DNA of 48,790 nucleotides from Bdellovibrionia bacterium (GTDB lineage Bacteria; Bdellovibrionota; UBA1018): NCBI GenBank assembly GCA_045805065.1, contig JBJMMA010000171.1, positions 1 to 48,790 of the forward strand, read 5' to 3'. Shown piece by piece: positions 46,883 to 48,790 of this stretch (position 1 is its first letter; each line of letters starts with the position of its first letter). The notes under the pieces were generated by a model. It saw only the letters and a program-made list of their open reading frames with translations, ran no database searches and was not told where the DNA came from. The position numbers and the translations under genes were made by a program.

Positions 46883-47761
46883 TTAGGAAGATCCCACTTC
46901 GTTAGATCCCTGCTCGGGACGCCGGCGGCGTTCCCGATTCCAGAACACAGCAAGGTAGGCTCCGAAAAAGAGAGCCGATCCAGCCATTCCACCTGTCATT
47001 ACCCGAGTGAGGTAAATGGAGTACTTTCTGGTTACAGGATCATAGTGGTAACAGAACAACAGAATTCTATCAACGACGCTTCCGATCTTACCATTGGATG
47101 CTTCTAACAGAGCCATTTTCAGATCAGTAGGCTTGAACTCGATACCATACAGATAACGAGAGATCTTGCCCTCGGGAGTCAAAGCATAAAGAGCAGCAGC
47201 ATGGGCGTACTGCTCACCGTCTTTTTTGTAAAGAAACCCAACTTCTGAGGCGAGCTGACGAATTTGAGGTTCCTCACCCGTCAAGAAATGCCAGCCTGCG
47301 GCAGTCTCAGGTTTGCCGTACATCTTCAAATAAGCTTCTTTTTTTGCCGCAGCGAGCTCAGGCTTTTCATTGGGATTAATGCTCACGGCGACGATGTCGA
47401 ATTGCTTCCCCGGCTCCCACTCCATGTCCCCCAGACTTTTGGTCAGGCCATTGAGAACGAGGTTACAGAGATTCGGGCATTCGAAATAAACCAGCGTCAG
47501 TAAAACTGGGCGATGCGACGGGAAATAGTCCTTCAGAGCAACCGTTTCGCCTTTTTCGTTCTTGAAATGAAGAGACTCGATCGAAACCTTCGATCCGAGA
47601 TGTTCCTTGATCCCAATATCTTGCATCGCTGCAGGCACTTCATTTGAAGTGGTATCGGCTTCGGCCGCGGCTGGGCCCGCCGCAAGCGCATTGGGTGAAA
47701 ACGCGTTTGAAACGGAGGCAAAGAGAGCCATCAAAGTGAAGAAAAACGAAATTTGATGCAT
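46883..47761 (-). CDS. SCO1/SenC-family protein
   Basis: Signal peptide, YFECPNLC (CxxxC), WHFLTG, YAH, C-terminal TM. Confidence 0.9.
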   Translation of the reverse strand: MHQISFFFTLMALFASVSNAFSPNALAAGPAAAEADTTSNEVPAAMQDIGIKEHLGSKVSIESLHFKNEKGETVALKDYFPSHRPVLLTLVYFECPNLCNLVLNGLTKSLGDMEWEPGKQFDIVAVSINPNEKPELAAAKKEAYLKMYGKPETAAGWHFLTGEEPQIRQLASEVGFLYKKDGEQYAHAAALYALTPEGKISRYLYGIEFKPTDLKMALLEASNGKIGSVVDRILLFCYHYDPVTRKYSIYLTRVMTGGMAGSALFFGAYLAVFWNRERRRRPEQGSNEVGSS

Positions 47762-47842
47762 AGGACTCTATAATTCATATTACAGTTCGAGAGGTCGCTC
47801 AATGATTTTACGGCTATTTTCTGTTATGGGGAGTTCATTCTC

Positions 47843-48754
47843 ATGAGCCTGAAGAAAACTTTTCGAACTTACCTTGAGCTCTCAAAGTCCGGCATCGTCA
47901 CACTGGTTCTCATCAGCGTGCTCGGAGGCTATCTCATCGGCCAACCCATGGAGCTTCCCTTCTCTGCTTCGCGTATGCTTTGGACGCTCTTGGGAGTTCT
48001 GTTTTTATCGTCTGGCTCATCGGCGCTCAACCAGTTCCAGGAGCAAACGGAAGATGCTTCCATGCCGCGCACCGCAGGACGTCCTCTTCCAAGTGGGCGA
48101 ATGGCCCCTTACCAGGTGCTGGTTTTTGTCGGCATCTCGCTGGGCTTGGGGCTCATCATTTTAGAATGGCTCGACGGCAGACTTTTGGCTCTGGGAGCGG
48201 CTGCTGCGGTTTTCTACAACGGATTTTATACGCTCTGGTGGAAGCGCCGCTGGGCCTACGCCGCCATTCCCGGCGCCATCCCAGGCGCCATTCCGATTCT
48301 CATGGGATACACAGCAGCCAACGGCCATGTGTGGACTCCCGGCGGTATCTATCTCTTCTTAATCCTCTTTTTTTGGCAAATGCCCCACTTCTGGGTCCTG
48401 GCGCTTCGGTATCAAAATGACTACGCCTTAGGAAAATTCCCGACCCTGCCTGTGGCACTGGGCGAAGACATTACCGTCCTTCAAATCGTGCTCTGGTGCC
48501 TGGCCTACGTCGGACTTGCCTTGGGCGGCCCCCTCTTTTTGCCCGTTGGAATCATCTACCTCGTGGTCACAATTCCCATGTGCCTTTGGCTACTCTGGAA
48601 GCTTCGCCTTTTTGTCCACGCCGAAGCGAAAACCAGCGGCAAAGCCTGGCTTGGCTTCTTTCTCTGGGTCAACTTTAGCCTCATCATCTTCATTGCAGCT
48701 GCGGCGCTCGATATCTGGCACCTCCACCTCATGGCTCCCGTCTGGACAAAATAG
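47843..48754 (+). CDS. ctaB: Protoheme IX farnesyltransferase (heme o synthase)
   Basis: LNQ..E...D..M.RT..RPLPSG, YT...KR, GAIPGA.P, FFWQMPHFW.LA....DY. Confidence 0.93.
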   Translation: MSLKKTFRTYLELSKSGIVTLVLISVLGGYLIGQPMELPFSASRMLWTLLGVLFLSSGSSALNQFQEQTEDASMPRTAGRPLPSGRMAPYQVLVFVGISLGLGLIILEWLDGRLLALGAAAAVFYNGFYTLWWKRRWAYAAIPGAIPGAIPILMGYTAANGHVWTPGGIYLFLILFFWQMPHFWVLALRYQNDYALGKFPTLPVALGEDITVLQIVLWCLAYVGLALGGPLFLPVGIIYLVVTIPMCLWLLWKLRLFVHAEAKTSGKAWLGFFLWVNFSLIIFIAAAALDIWHLHLMAPVWTK

Positions 48755-48790
48755 GTGGTCGCCTCCTTTTTGTAGCGCACCCGCAGCAAA

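Overview
Bacterial chromosomal segment, probably Bdellovibrionota/Oligoflexia. This is an inference from the short flagellin, a DUF4911-like gene, a Bdellovibrio-type HNH protein and FliA-type promoters; no rRNA is present to confirm it. Most of it is housekeeping: cpoB-tsaP-like-dprA-topA, ddl, glutamate dehydrogenase, a sensor kinase/NtrC pair, flagellin, trmB, lpoB operon, ArsA-pair-TPR-gshA operon, peroxiredoxin, GH15, MFS, and a caa3-type (A2) cytochrome c oxidase operon with heme o synthase. A small accessory islet carries a BrnT/CopG toxin-antitoxin pair, DUF1801, VOC, SDR/TetR and SRPBCC genes. The most notable feature is missing from the supplied ORF track because it runs off the left edge. 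It is a minus-strand ORF of at least 757 codons (start 2272 or 2260) that I translated by hand: signal peptide, divergent class II (CCA/poly(A) polymerase-like) nucleotidyltransferase, PARP-like ADP-ribosyltransferase motif region, then ~30-aa 'VLSQPHWKDHPEWVE' repeats, behind a sigma28-like promoter. It is a candidate exported nucleic-acid-modifying effector. Other leads: a three-hairpin structured leader before an HNH nuclease gene, a DUF952-HIT fusion, a knottin-like Cys-rich secreted microprotein, and a 149-bp CTAG-bounded palindromic element with two GGA-loop hairpins. No tRNA, rRNA or CRISPR array was seen. All family calls come from motif recognition by eye, not database searches.
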